From Candidatus Magasanikiibacteriota bacterium (GTDB lineage Bacteria > Patescibacteriota > Patescibacteriia > Magasanikbacterales > UBA922): DNA of 57,522 nt. This document shows positions 26,002-35,595 of this stretch, in pieces. The stretch lies in NCBI GenBank assembly GCA_003510435.1, contig DOMK01000020.1:1-57522 (forward strand), written 5' to 3'. The first letter of the stretch is position 1, and each line of letters opens with the position of its first letter. A program made the translations under genes and the position numbers. The notes beneath the pieces are model-generated. The model was not told the origin of the DNA, searched no databases, and worked only from the letters and a program-made list of their open reading frames with translations.

Positions 26002-27015
26002 ATGATACATTTGCTGGAGGTGTCAATTCTAGCTTTTTTGGACAGCCATTGGTTAATCTTGTCATTTTTAGCGCCAATGTTTTGGGCATTGGTCAACATG
26101 ATTGATGTTTATTTTGTCGATGGGGTGTATGCTGATGAATTAGAAGGCACGATTATCATGGGCATTTTTCAGGCGATTCCTTGTTTGTTTTTAATGTTTT
26201 TTTTGAAAATTGAATTTAGTCAGTTGTTTAATTTTAATTCAGCTAATGGACAGTTGTTTTTTGAGCCAATGATTTTATGGGCTTTGTTAGGAGGACTATT
26301 ATTCAATTTGTCCTTTTATTTTTATTATAAAGCCCTTTTTCATCATAATGACGTCGGTTTGGTACAAATTTTGTGGGGTTTATCAATTGTAGCTGTGCCA
26401 TTTTTGGCCTTTGTATTATTTAGAGAAAAATTGCCAGTGTATAGTTATTTGGGAATGGCTATAACATTATTAGGGGGAGTTGTATTGTCTTTTCATAAAG
26501 GAATAAAAAAGGGAACTTTGAAACGTTATTTGTTTATAATGATTTCAGCCATAGTGTTTTTTTCTCTAAGCATGGTATTAGAAAATAAAGCTTATAATGT
26601 TATTGATGCTAGGGGCTGGGGTAATCAAGGTTTTTTGTTGGTTTTTCTCTGTTTCAATTTAGGGGCTTTGCTTAGTAGTATAATTCTTCTACTGGTTAGT
26701 CGAAAAAATCCTTGGCCATTAATCAAAAAATATTATAAAGTGTTTATTTTGGGAGAAGGAATAACTTTTTTAGGCAATTTGTCTTCCCAAAGAGCTTTGA
26801 GTGTAGCGCCGTCGGTTTCTTACGTTGCCACTATCGAAGCGTTTGTGCCAGTCTTTGTTTTAATTTTTAGTTTGTTAATAGTGGTTATAGCAAAAATTTT
26901 TAATACAAAATTTTCTGTCATAAAAAAAATTTATCAAGATCAATTACAAGGTGTGTCATTAAAAATTGTTGCCATAATAATTATGGCTATAGGTATTTAT
27001 ATAATTAGCAATTAA
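26002..27015 (+). CDS. EamA/DMT-like polytopic membrane protein
   Basis: About 10 hydrophobic helices; FREKL..YSYLG..I...GG motif. Confidence 0.7.
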   Translation: MIHLLEVSILAFLDSHWLILSFLAPMFWALVNMIDVYFVDGVYADELEGTIIMGIFQAIPCLFLMFFLKIEFSQLFNFNSANGQLFFEPMILWALLGGLLFNLSFYFYYKALFHHNDVGLVQILWGLSIVAVPFLAFVLFREKLPVYSYLGMAITLLGGVVLSFHKGIKKGTLKRYLFIMISAIVFFSLSMVLENKAYNVIDARGWGNQGFLLVFLCFNLGALLSSIILLLVSRKNPWPLIKKYYKVFILGEGITFLGNLSSQRALSVAPSVSYVATIEAFVPVFVLIFSLLIVVIAKIFNTKFSVIKKIYQDQLQGVSLKIVAIIIMAIGIYIISN

Positions 27016-27038
27016 ATTTTATTGAGTTTAACTTTATT

Positions 27039-28343
27039 ATGAAAATATTGTTTATCACTTCTAACAACATGATTGCCCCTGATATGGCTCGTCTTTTGCA
27101 GGATGAAGGTAATCAAGTAAAACTTTTTATTGATGATAAGAATCGGAGTGATAATTTTGAAAACATTATTAAGAAATGTAAAAATTGGAAGCAGGAGTTG
27201 GCTTGGGTAGGCAAAGAAGGTTTGATAATTTTTGATGATGTTGGTTATGGCAAGATTCAAGATAATTTGAGAGAGCATGGTTTTGCAGTTTTTGGTGGTA
27301 ATAGCGAAAGTGATAAGCTTGAAATGAAAAGAGCCTATGCCCAAGATATTTTAAAAGATCATGGTTTGCAAACTTTAGAAACCATTGATTTTAACAATAT
27401 TGATGATTGTGTTAATTTTATTAAAAAAAGTAAAAAAACTTGGGTTTTAAAACAAAATGATCATAAACTTAATATTAATACAGTCTCGCAGTTTAAAGAT
27501 AATCAGGATATTTTGGATGTTTTGAAATTGTGTAAAACTAAATATAAAAATAAAGTTAAAGTAATTACTTTACAAGAAAAAGTCGAAGGAATAGAAATTG
27601 GTGTGGGTAGGTTTTTTAATGGCAAGAATTGGGTTGGGCCAGTGGAAATAAATTTTGAACATAAACGACTGTTTGATGATGATGTCGGACCAATGACAAC
27701 TGAAATGGGTACTTTGGCATGGTTTGAGACTGAAAAAGATAGTGTGTTATTTAAAAAAACCCTATTTAAATTAAAACCTTTTTTGAAAAAGATAAAATTT
27801 AAAGGAGATTTTGAAGTTAATTTTATTATAAATGGTAAAAATATTTATCCTTTGGAAATTACCCCCAGATTAGGTTCACCGATAGTTCATCTACAAAGTG
27901 AATTGTTAAACTTGAAATGGTCCCAATTTTTAAAAGCGGTAGCTCTCGGCAAGAGTATCAGGCCAAAATGGAAAAAAGGTTATGGTTTGGTAGTGTTGTT
28001 GGCCGTACCGCCGTTTCCTTATATGACCAAATTAGGAAAAAACTCTCCTAGAGGTGTGATTGTATATTTGGATAAAGTCACAAAAAATGATTTTAAACAT
28101 ATCTTTTTTGAAGGCATGTCAAAAGAAAAGATTCAAGGTAAAGAACAGTTTTATATTTCTGATGAGGAAGGCTATGTCTTATATGTAACTGGGGTAGGTA
28201 AAACTATTGCCAAGGTGCAAAAAGATGTTTATGAAATAATTAAAAAAGTTTATGTTCCGAAATCTCTTTATCGAAGGGACATTGGTTCTAAGTTTTTGCT
28301 TAGTGATGAGAAACTTTTGAAAAAGTGGGGTTATATAAAATAG
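27039..28343 (+). CDS. PurD-like ATP-grasp ligase
   Basis: FGG...SDKLEMKRAYA, LQEKVEG.E, FEHK.L...D.GP.T.EMG, LEITPRLGSP, YVLYVTG.G.T; PurD N-terminal motif absent. Confidence 0.8.
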   Translation: MKILFITSNNMIAPDMARLLQDEGNQVKLFIDDKNRSDNFENIIKKCKNWKQELAWVGKEGLIIFDDVGYGKIQDNLREHGFAVFGGNSESDKLEMKRAYAQDILKDHGLQTLETIDFNNIDDCVNFIKKSKKTWVLKQNDHKLNINTVSQFKDNQDILDVLKLCKTKYKNKVKVITLQEKVEGIEIGVGRFFNGKNWVGPVEINFEHKRLFDDDVGPMTTEMGTLAWFETEKDSVLFKKTLFKLKPFLKKIKFKGDFEVNFIINGKNIYPLEITPRLGSPIVHLQSELLNLKWSQFLKAVALGKSIRPKWKKGYGLVVLLAVPPFPYMTKLGKNSPRGVIVYLDKVTKNDFKHIFFEGMSKEKIQGKEQFYISDEEGYVLYVTGVGKTIAKVQKDVYEIIKKVYVPKSLYRRDIGSKFLLSDEKLLKKWGYIK

Positions 28344-28431
28344 ATGTTATTAAAAGATTGTTTTGTCTCTAGTTTAATATGACCTAATTGTGTTATAATA
28401 TAATTGAAAATTATTTAATCTAAAAAAGATT

Positions 28432-29148
28432 ATGAAGAAAAAAATTAAATTTCAAAAAACTAAAGATTTTTTATCTCAGATTCCAGATTGGGAGAAAGAT
28501 TACAAAAAAAGTAATGAAGTTCAGTTGAATTATGAAAAAAAAGATTGGGCTAATGCCAAGGCGTGTTTTTCTAAGCATGATTTAAAAATTTTAGGTGAAC
28601 CAGTCATGGAAGATTGGGAAACTCCTTATATGAAAGATTTGGCTGAAGTGGCTACAGTTAAAGGTGGAGTGGTTTTAGAATTAGGCTTTGGAATGGGGAT
28701 TTCAGCTAATTTTATTCAGGAGCATAATATTAAAAAACACATTATTATTGAAGCTAATAAAGCTGTGGTCAAACAGGCTAAAAAATTTGCTAAAAAGGCT
28801 AAACATAAGGTGGTAGTATTGGCTGGTTTATGGGAGGATATGATAAAAAAGATTCCCAACAATAGTTTGAATGGAATTTTGTTTGACACTTATCCACTAT
28901 CTGAAGTTGAATTGTATCAAAATCATTTTAATTTTTTTCCTTTTGCCTATCAAAAATTAGTTTCGGGTGGAGTGTTTACTTACTATTCAGATGAAATAAA
29001 GAAATTTGGTAAAGTTCATTTGAAAAAATTACAAGAAGCTGGTTTTAAGAAAAAAAATATCAAGAGCAGAGTGTCTAAAGTTGTTCCACCAAAGAGTTGT
29101 GAATACTGGAAAGCCAAAACTATTCTGGTTCCCATAATTACAAAATAA
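28432..29148 (+). CDS. Guanidinoacetate N-methyltransferase-like SAM methyltransferase
   Basis: ILGEPVMEDWETPYM, GG.VLELGFGMG, H.IIEAN, GLWED, GILFDTYPLSE match eukaryotic GAMT motifs as recalled. Confidence 0.8.
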   Translation: MKKKIKFQKTKDFLSQIPDWEKDYKKSNEVQLNYEKKDWANAKACFSKHDLKILGEPVMEDWETPYMKDLAEVATVKGGVVLELGFGMGISANFIQEHNIKKHIIIEANKAVVKQAKKFAKKAKHKVVVLAGLWEDMIKKIPNNSLNGILFDTYPLSEVELYQNHFNFFPFAYQKLVSGGVFTYYSDEIKKFGKVHLKKLQEAGFKKKNIKSRVSKVVPPKSCEYWKAKTILVPIITK

Positions 29149-29167
29149 GTTTAATTTATATAAATTT

Positions 29168-30859
29168 ATGGATGATCCATTTTATTGTTCCCTGACAATT
29201 TCCCTGAAACATCTGGTGGATTTTAGTTTTGCTCCCCAATTGCTTTTTTATTCATACATCCCGATTATTGTTGTTTCATTAGTTTTTGGTTTTTTTGTTT
29301 TTTTTAAAAGCCAACGTTCGGTCAATGCCAGAAATTTGCTTTATATTGCCATCGTTTTTTCCTTATTTCTTTTGAATGAAATCGTACAGTGGATTGCTAT
29401 TCCCGCTTCTCTGGTAAATTTTGGTTGGTTATTATCACCACTTTTGCAATCTTTGGTTTGGTTTTTTACGATTAGATTTTTTTATCAATTTTTAGAAGAC
29501 AGAGTTTTGCCATGGAAATGGAATTTATTTTTAATGATGTTATTTTTGCCAATAATTTTTTCATTACCAACTAGGTTGAATATAGCTTTTTTTGATTTAG
29601 TAAATTGTGAAGGAACCGTTGGCCCAATTTGGTATTATCTTTATTCATTACAGATTGTTTCTATTATTACTTTATTTATTTGGGGCATGATTAAGTATAA
29701 AAGAAACAAAGTAGACAATTTAAAAAGACAGATATTATTATTAAGTATTGGTGTGCCAATTTTTCTCTTGTCATTTTCTTTATCAAATATTTTAGGAGAA
29801 GTTTTGCAAACTTATCAAATAAATTTGGTTGGTCCAATCGGAATGGCTTTATTTATAGTTTTGCTAGGTTATTTAATTGTTCATTATCATATATTTAATA
29901 TTAGAGTAATTGCGGCCAAAGTCTTGGTTATTACTCTAGTAATTTTGATTAGCTCGCAGTTTTTCTTTATCAGAAATAATACTAATAAAATATTAACAGC
30001 TATTACTTTACTATTGGTAGCAATTTTTGGTTGGCAATTGGCCGCTTCAGTCAATCGTGAAGTAAAACAAAAGGAAGAATTGGCAAAATTGGCCAAATCT
30101 TTGGAAAGAGTTAATCTTCGTTTGCAGGAGCTGGATCGACAAAAGACAGATTTTCTTTCCATTGCTTCCCACCAACTTCGCACCCCATTGTCTATTATGA
30201 AAGGGTATGTAGAGCTTATTCAAGATGGAGCTTATGGTAAAATAGACAAAAAACTTTTTGGGGTTTTGACAGAAATGGATGAAAGCAATGAACGGTTAGT
30301 AAAATTAGTGGATGAATTTTTGGATATTACTAGAATTGAACAAGGACGAACAAAATTTTCTTTTGGATATTTTGACATGAATAAATTAGCCGAGAGTGTG
30401 GCCAAAGAATTGACTAATCGAGCGAATGATAAAGGTCTAGAAATTATTTGCAAGCCAGACAAAAAAATTGAAAAAATTTATATAGATGAAGAAAAAGTTC
30501 GTCATGTGATTTTTAATTTTGTGGATAATGCGATCAAATATAGCAGTAGTGGCAAAATTGTTATTACTACAGAAAAAGAACAAAAAGGTATTACGGTAAG
30601 AGTAAAAGATCAAGGCTTTGGTTTTGGGACAGAGGACCAAGCCAATTTTTATCAAAAGTTTTATCGGGGCAAAAATGTGGCGGGCACCAATGTGACTGGG
30701 ACAGGTTTGGGTTTGTATGTTTGTCGAAAGTTTATTGAGGCTCATTCTGGTCATGTTTGGGCACATAGTAAGGGTATGGAAGAAGGTAGTGAATTTGGTT
30801 TTTGGATTCCCCTAACCAAAAAAACCGCGGAAAAAGCCAATAAAATACTGAGTAAGTAA
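29168..30859 (+). CDS. Membrane sensor histidine kinase (multi-TM N-terminus)
   Basis: Seven or more TM helices; ASHQLRTPLS, NFVDNAIKYS, DQGFG, GTGLGL, GSEF. Confidence 0.93.
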   Translation: MDDPFYCSLTISLKHLVDFSFAPQLLFYSYIPIIVVSLVFGFFVFFKSQRSVNARNLLYIAIVFSLFLLNEIVQWIAIPASLVNFGWLLSPLLQSLVWFFTIRFFYQFLEDRVLPWKWNLFLMMLFLPIIFSLPTRLNIAFFDLVNCEGTVGPIWYYLYSLQIVSIITLFIWGMIKYKRNKVDNLKRQILLLSIGVPIFLLSFSLSNILGEVLQTYQINLVGPIGMALFIVLLGYLIVHYHIFNIRVIAAKVLVITLVILISSQFFFIRNNTNKILTAITLLLVAIFGWQLAASVNREVKQKEELAKLAKSLERVNLRLQELDRQKTDFLSIASHQLRTPLSIMKGYVELIQDGAYGKIDKKLFGVLTEMDESNERLVKLVDEFLDITRIEQGRTKFSFGYFDMNKLAESVAKELTNRANDKGLEIICKPDKKIEKIYIDEEKVRHVIFNFVDNAIKYSSSGKIVITTEKEQKGITVRVKDQGFGFGTEDQANFYQKFYRGKNVAGTNVTGTGLGLYVCRKFIEAHSGHVWAHSKGMEEGSEFGFWIPLTKKTAEKANKILSK

Positions 30860-30965
30860 ATCCCGCACCACAGAGTACCCCAGGCATTAATGTGTGAAAT
30901 GATTGCTGATTTACCTTAGAGAATAGTTAATCCTATACCAGGAGAATATACTCGTGGTGCGGGAT
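30860..30965. ncRNA. Unassigned ~106-nt long-stem structured element
   Basis: ATCCCGCACCAC/GTGGTGCGGGAT 12-bp perfect closing stem, extended by GAGTA/TACTC, with internal stems. Confidence 0.4.
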
Positions 30966-30972
30966 AAAGAAC

Positions 30973-31001
30973 TTGTAAAATTGTTTCAAGTGGTGTATTA
31001 T
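30973..31001 (+). promoter_or_regulatory. Putative promoter of the bactofilin gene
   Basis: TTGTAA-17 nt-TATTAT. Confidence 0.5.
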
Positions 31002-31026
31002 ATCCATAAATAATTTTTTAAATATT

Positions 31027-31491
31027 ATGTATATGTTCCAAAAACCATCTCCAGAAATCGCTCTTAATAAAGATAGACAAATGAATTCTTCCCACGATGA
31101 TGTGGAGACAGTCGTTGGTCCATCAGTTGTGGTCGAGGGTGATTTTGCTTCTGAAGGTAATATTATTGTAAAAGGTACAGTCTCTGGTTCAGTCAAAACT
31201 AGTCGTTTACTGACAGTAGAAAAAGGGGCAAAAATTTTGGCCAGTGTTAAAGCTGGGAGTGCAGTTGTGGCTGGCAGTATTAGGGGTAATGTAAAAGTGG
31301 ATGATAAATTAGATTTACTCGAGACCTCGCAGGTTGCTGGTGATATTATTTGTCAAGTTTTAAGTGTGGCTCCAGGAGCTTTGTTACAAGGAAAAGTGAC
31401 TATGAAAGGTTTGGATATTATAAAAACTGATGACGAAACAAATAAATTATTTGGTAAATTTAAAAAAGTAGAGGATATAGAAAAGAAATAG
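31027..31491 (+). CDS. Bactofilin (polymer-forming cytoskeletal protein)
   Basis: ET.VG..V.VEG....G.I.V.G.V.G beta-helix repeats, ending V.PGA.L.G.V.M. Confidence 0.9.
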   Translation: MYMFQKPSPEIALNKDRQMNSSHDDVETVVGPSVVVEGDFASEGNIIVKGTVSGSVKTSRLLTVEKGAKILASVKAGSAVVAGSIRGNVKVDDKLDLLETSQVAGDIICQVLSVAPGALLQGKVTMKGLDIIKTDDETNKLFGKFKKVEDIEKK

Positions 31492-31525
31492 TTTGTTTTT
31501 TTAAAACTGATAAAAGTGATGCATT

Positions 31526-32290
31526 ATGTACGTATATCTCTACGATAATTTTTTAAAGCAAAAGAAATTTGATTCAATCTTAAAGGCAATAGAGACTAGA
31601 TTGACAGATTTTAGTATAGCTGGTAAAATAATCCGGCTGCAAAATTTTACCAATGCTCAGGCAGTGGTAGAAGATGAAATCAATCGAGGAGCCACGACCA
31701 TTGTAATTGTTGGTAATGATATAACATTTGGTCATGTTTTATCGCGGGCAGCTACCTGCGATATTTTATTTGGTTTTTTACCAATCGGCACAGAAAGTAA
31801 TTCCATTGCTCAAGTGCTAGGTATTCCAATTGGAGTGGAAGCTTGTGATGTTTTGTCAAAGAGACGGAAAGTTAGATTGGATGTCGGTTGGTTTAATAAT
31901 CGTTATTTTGTTTCTCAGTTGCATATACCATCTAGTGATATTACAGTAGAATATGATGAAAAGTTTAGAGTTTCAGCCAAAAATAAGATGGAATTAGTGG
32001 TGTGTAATTTACAACCGTATGTTTGGAAAGGTAAAGGTAAGATTAGTGATTATATTGTTCATCCTCAGGATGGCAAATTAGAAGCTTTTTTACGGCCAGT
32101 ATCTCATCGAGGAATAATTAGAGAAAAGTTTGAAGAACCAAGTTTGTTTCCATTTGAAGAAATGACAGTCAGTAGTCGCAAGCCGTTTGTCGTAGAAGCG
32201 GATGGCAAAGAATCTAAGGAAATAAAAATAAAAATTAAATTAGCCAAGAATAGAATTGGGATGATAGTGGGAAGGGAACGTAAGTTTTAA
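31526..32290 (+). CDS. Diacylglycerol-kinase-family-like protein (degenerate)
   Basis: IVIVGNDITF at the GGDGT position, LP.GT..N.IA..LGIP, LDVG, PQDGKLE, EADG. Confidence 0.65.
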   Translation: MYVYLYDNFLKQKKFDSILKAIETRLTDFSIAGKIIRLQNFTNAQAVVEDEINRGATTIVIVGNDITFGHVLSRAATCDILFGFLPIGTESNSIAQVLGIPIGVEACDVLSKRRKVRLDVGWFNNRYFVSQLHIPSSDITVEYDEKFRVSAKNKMELVVCNLQPYVWKGKGKISDYIVHPQDGKLEAFLRPVSHRGIIREKFEEPSLFPFEEMTVSSRKPFVVEADGKESKEIKIKIKLAKNRIGMIVGRERKF

Positions 32291-32408
32291 ATAAAATACA
32301 AAATACATGGAACAATATACAAAATATACATGATAAAATACATGATATGGATTATGTGGATTAATATAAAATTGTATATTATTACGTGTATATTGTGTAT
32401 TGTTTTAA

Positions 32409-32493
32409 GCTCAGGTGGCGAAATTGGTAGACGCACTACCTTGAGGTGGTAGCGCCGTAAGGCATGGAGGTTCAAATCCTCTCCTGAGCACCA
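32409..32493 (+). tRNA. tRNA-Leu(GAG)
   Basis: GCTCAGG/CCTGAGC acceptor; CTACC-TTGAGGT-GGTAG anticodon arm; long variable arm; GGTTCAAATCC; encoded CCA. Confidence 0.96.
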
Positions 32494-32501
32494 TAAAGAC
32501 C

Positions 32502-32530
32502 TTGACATTTAGGTCTTTTTTTGTTATGAT
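32502..32530 (+). promoter_or_regulatory. rnpB promoter
   Basis: TTGACA-17 nt-TATGAT ending 7 nt before the P1 helix. Confidence 0.75.
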
Positions 32531-32537
32531 TATTAAG

Positions 32538-32964
32538 TTCATTACATAGTAGATGATCGTCCGCCGAATCCGTCAGCTGACGGAGAAGGTGGAAGGAAAG
32601 TCCGAACATTCACCTGGTGCAAATCAGGTAACAGAGTAGCGGGTAACTCCCGTCGGTCGTAAGACTAGAGGTGCGAGCAGTGACGCCGAGACGCGAAAGT
32701 GTTGAGGCATCATGTAAAAGCGCAAGCTTTTTACATGATGAACTCTGATAGTGATATTAGAGGTGAAACGGCAAAATCCTTACTTGAATGAAAGAACAGC
32801 CTTTCGATTCACTTCGTTCGCTTAGAGTAAACTAATTGTTAGATACTTTGAGTGAATGAAGTGCAATTTGATTGGAAAAGTTAGTTCGCTAGACCCAGCT
32901 GGTAACAGCCTGGGCAGATAAATGATCGTCCTAGACAAAATTCGGCTTATAGCTATGTAATGAA
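32538..32964 (+). ncRNA. rnpB: RNase P RNA
   Basis: P1 TTCATTACATAG/CTATGTAATGAA; P2 GATGATCG repeated pattern; AGGAAAGTCCG; ACAAAATTCGGCTTAT near the 3' end. Confidence 0.92.
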
Positions 32965-33091
32965 TAATAAGAAATTCCCTGAAAATGGGGATTTTTTATT
33001 TGTTCTGTTAGTTTGACTTATGGTAGTTTTTTAGCTAAAATATAAAGTAATAAGGTATTATTCCTTATTCTTTACTCCTTATTCCATTTTT

Positions 33092-34510
33092 ATGAAACGT
33101 TCAGAAGTAATTTTAATGGTCTTACAAGTGCCAATTGATTGGTTGCTACTTGTTTTAGCTGGTATTTCGGCTTATTATTTACGTTTTGCTGATTGGGCAA
33201 TTCAATTACGTCCAGTGGTTTTTAAATTAACCCTAAGTGATTTTTCTGAAGTAGTATTTTTTGTCGCTCTAATTTGGGTCTTTATTTTTGCTTTGTTTGG
33301 TTTGTATTCAGCTGACCAAAATAGAAAATTAGCCCGAGATTTATTTCGGGTTTTATTGGCCTGTTCAGTTGGTTTGGGAATAATTGCGTTGTATGTTATG
33401 TTTGCCTTACAGCAGTTTGATTCGCGTTTTTTGGTAGCCTCGGGTTTTGGGTTTGCGGTTATATATATTAGTTTAGGTAGAATCCTTATGCGTGGTGTTA
33501 AGTCACTCTTATATCGCGCAGGAATAGGTTTGCGTCGAGTGGTTATAATTGGGACAGAAGAAGTGACAGTCAGTATTGTTGATACTTTGCAAAATAGAAA
33601 AGAACTGGGCTATAAAGTAATAAAAGTTTTAGAAAAATTCAATAAAAATTTAATTCCAGAATTAGATAAATTAAAATTAAATGAAATAATTTTTACCAAT
33701 CCAAAGGCAGATGAAAAAGAAACTTTGGGAGCATTAAATTTTTGCAATCAACGTCATGTTGTTTTCAAATATTCTGCCGATTTATTTGCTACTTATTCTA
33801 CCAATATGGTTGTGACAGCCTTGGCTGGAGTACCAGTAGTAGAATTAAAACGAACGACTTTGGATGGTTGGGGTAGAGTCATAAAAAGAATTTTTGATAT
33901 TTTGATGAGCATATTAGTGATAATTATTACTAGTCCGATTATGGTTGTTTCTGCTTTGATAATTTTAATTGAAACTGGTCGACCAATAATTTATAAAAAT
34001 GAGCGTGTAGGCTTGCGAGGAAATAATTTTTTTACTTTGAAATTTAGATCAATGTATCAAAAGGATTCTACTGGTTCGCAATTTGGCAAGGCTGGACTTT
34101 CCAATGAAGAAAAAGAAAAAGAATTAATTAAAACTAATAGTATAAAATCTGGTCCATTTTATAAAATTGCTAATGATCCACGAGTAACATTATTTGGTAG
34201 ATTTATTCGCCGTTGGAGTATAGATGAATTGCCACAGTTTTTTAATGTTTTGAACGGCACCATGAGCATCGTTGGTCCACGACCACATCAACCACGAGAG
34301 GTTAAGCAATATGAAGACGAATATAGTACAGTTTTTACTCTAAAACCAGGAATTACTGGTTTAGCCCAGATTTCTGGTCGCAGTGACTTGTCTTTTGAAG
34401 ATGAAATGAGGTTGGATGTTTTTTATATAGAAAAATGGAGTTTGTTTTTAGATATAATAATATTTTTAAAAACACCGTTTATAATTTTTAAAAAAAGACG
34501 AGCTTTGTAA
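33092..34510 (+). CDS. Polyprenyl glycosylphosphotransferase (WcaJ/WbaP-like initiating sugar transferase)
   Basis: N-terminal TM helices; KRIFD, RVG..G..F...KFRSM, DPRVT, RRWSIDELPQ, VGPRP, KPGITGLAQ. Confidence 0.93.
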   Translation: MKRSEVILMVLQVPIDWLLLVLAGISAYYLRFADWAIQLRPVVFKLTLSDFSEVVFFVALIWVFIFALFGLYSADQNRKLARDLFRVLLACSVGLGIIALYVMFALQQFDSRFLVASGFGFAVIYISLGRILMRGVKSLLYRAGIGLRRVVIIGTEEVTVSIVDTLQNRKELGYKVIKVLEKFNKNLIPELDKLKLNEIIFTNPKADEKETLGALNFCNQRHVVFKYSADLFATYSTNMVVTALAGVPVVELKRTTLDGWGRVIKRIFDILMSILVIIITSPIMVVSALIILIETGRPIIYKNERVGLRGNNFFTLKFRSMYQKDSTGSQFGKAGLSNEEKEKELIKTNSIKSGPFYKIANDPRVTLFGRFIRRWSIDELPQFFNVLNGTMSIVGPRPHQPREVKQYEDEYSTVFTLKPGITGLAQISGRSDLSFEDEMRLDVFYIEKWSLFLDIIIFLKTPFIIFKKRRAL

Positions 34511-34514
34511 AAAT

Positions 34515-35588
34515 ATGGCAGAATCTAGATTCGGTTTAGAAAAATTATTAGGTCTGTTGGGAAGAAAAAAACCGTTAGATACTCCACAAGAAGAAGTAGA
34601 CAACGTGTCTGCGTTACCTGAAAGAATGGAAATAGAAAAATTTGAACAAGCCTCGATTCCTGAAATAGAGCCCTATAATTATGATAAGGAAGATTTTTCT
34701 GATTGGGCAGATAGAAACAGTTTAAAATGTTTTGAAAGGTTAGTCGCCCTAGTTTATAATTTATCGGGAGAAGTTGAAACACAGGATCAGTGGAAAAGGA
34801 AAATACTAAAGGCGCCAGATAGAAAATTGTCAGTGCCAGTCTTAGTAAGTTTGGTAGAACAAAATTTAAGAAATTTTTTATCTGGTCTTTTTTATTCAGA
34901 CATTGATGAGAAAGTTGGACGATCCTCCATTCCTTTACCTGGTGTTAATGGTGAAAATGGTGAATTTGTTTCAAAAAAGAGTGAACTACCGGCTAGGAAA
35001 TTGTATATTAATCCAGATATTTCCCGATTGGGGGATTTTGCTGAATTGCTGTATAAAAAATTATGTGATAATAAAGTTAATATTGATGCCATTAAAATTT
35101 ATAAAGGAGATATTGAAACTAGTTACGATGGCCAACCAGGGAAGCATGTGGGTGAACCAGAATATATTTTAAAACAAGGTCATAATACTTTTATTGTTTA
35201 TTTAACAAGTGATCATGACGTGGCGAAAGTTTTAAAATGTATAGATGAAATATCACACGAATCAGATATATCTATGATTAAATATAAGCCAGAAGAGGTT
35301 TTGCGTAGTGTTGTGTTGTTGGATGGCTTAGTAGTTCCTGGTTCTGATCCTTATATATTTCCAAATGGTGTTCGTCCGGATAAATTAAAAGAATCTTTTG
35401 ATAGTAAAGTTGGTAGTTTTTTGTATGAATTGGCTTTTAGTTCTAAATTTAATGATATTAAGTCTGGAAAAGTTAGATATGATGATTTTAGGGTAAAAGC
35501 AGAAGAATTATTTAGAAAATTTTTTAAACAAGGACCGGAGAATTATTTAATTTTAGGGAGAAAAGTAATAAGTTACGAATCAAAATAA
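34515..35588 (+). CDS. Hypothetical protein
   Basis: 357-aa ORF abutting both neighbours; no motif recognised with confidence. Confidence 0.75.
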   Translation: MAESRFGLEKLLGLLGRKKPLDTPQEEVDNVSALPERMEIEKFEQASIPEIEPYNYDKEDFSDWADRNSLKCFERLVALVYNLSGEVETQDQWKRKILKAPDRKLSVPVLVSLVEQNLRNFLSGLFYSDIDEKVGRSSIPLPGVNGENGEFVSKKSELPARKLYINPDISRLGDFAELLYKKLCDNKVNIDAIKIYKGDIETSYDGQPGKHVGEPEYILKQGHNTFIVYLTSDHDVAKVLKCIDEISHESDISMIKYKPEEVLRSVVLLDGLVVPGSDPYIFPNGVRPDKLKESFDSKVGSFLYELAFSSKFNDIKSGKVRYDDFRVKAEELFRKFFKQGPENYLILGRKVISYESK

Positions 35589-35595
35589 TTATAGT

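Noticed and set aside
27039-28343. Calling this gene purD
   Set aside because: The N-terminal GSGGREHA-type motif is missing and no other pur genes are nearby; left as PurD-like.
32287-32508. 73-aa minus-strand ORF
   Set aside because: It is the antisense translation of tRNA-Leu plus a micro-repeat spacer.
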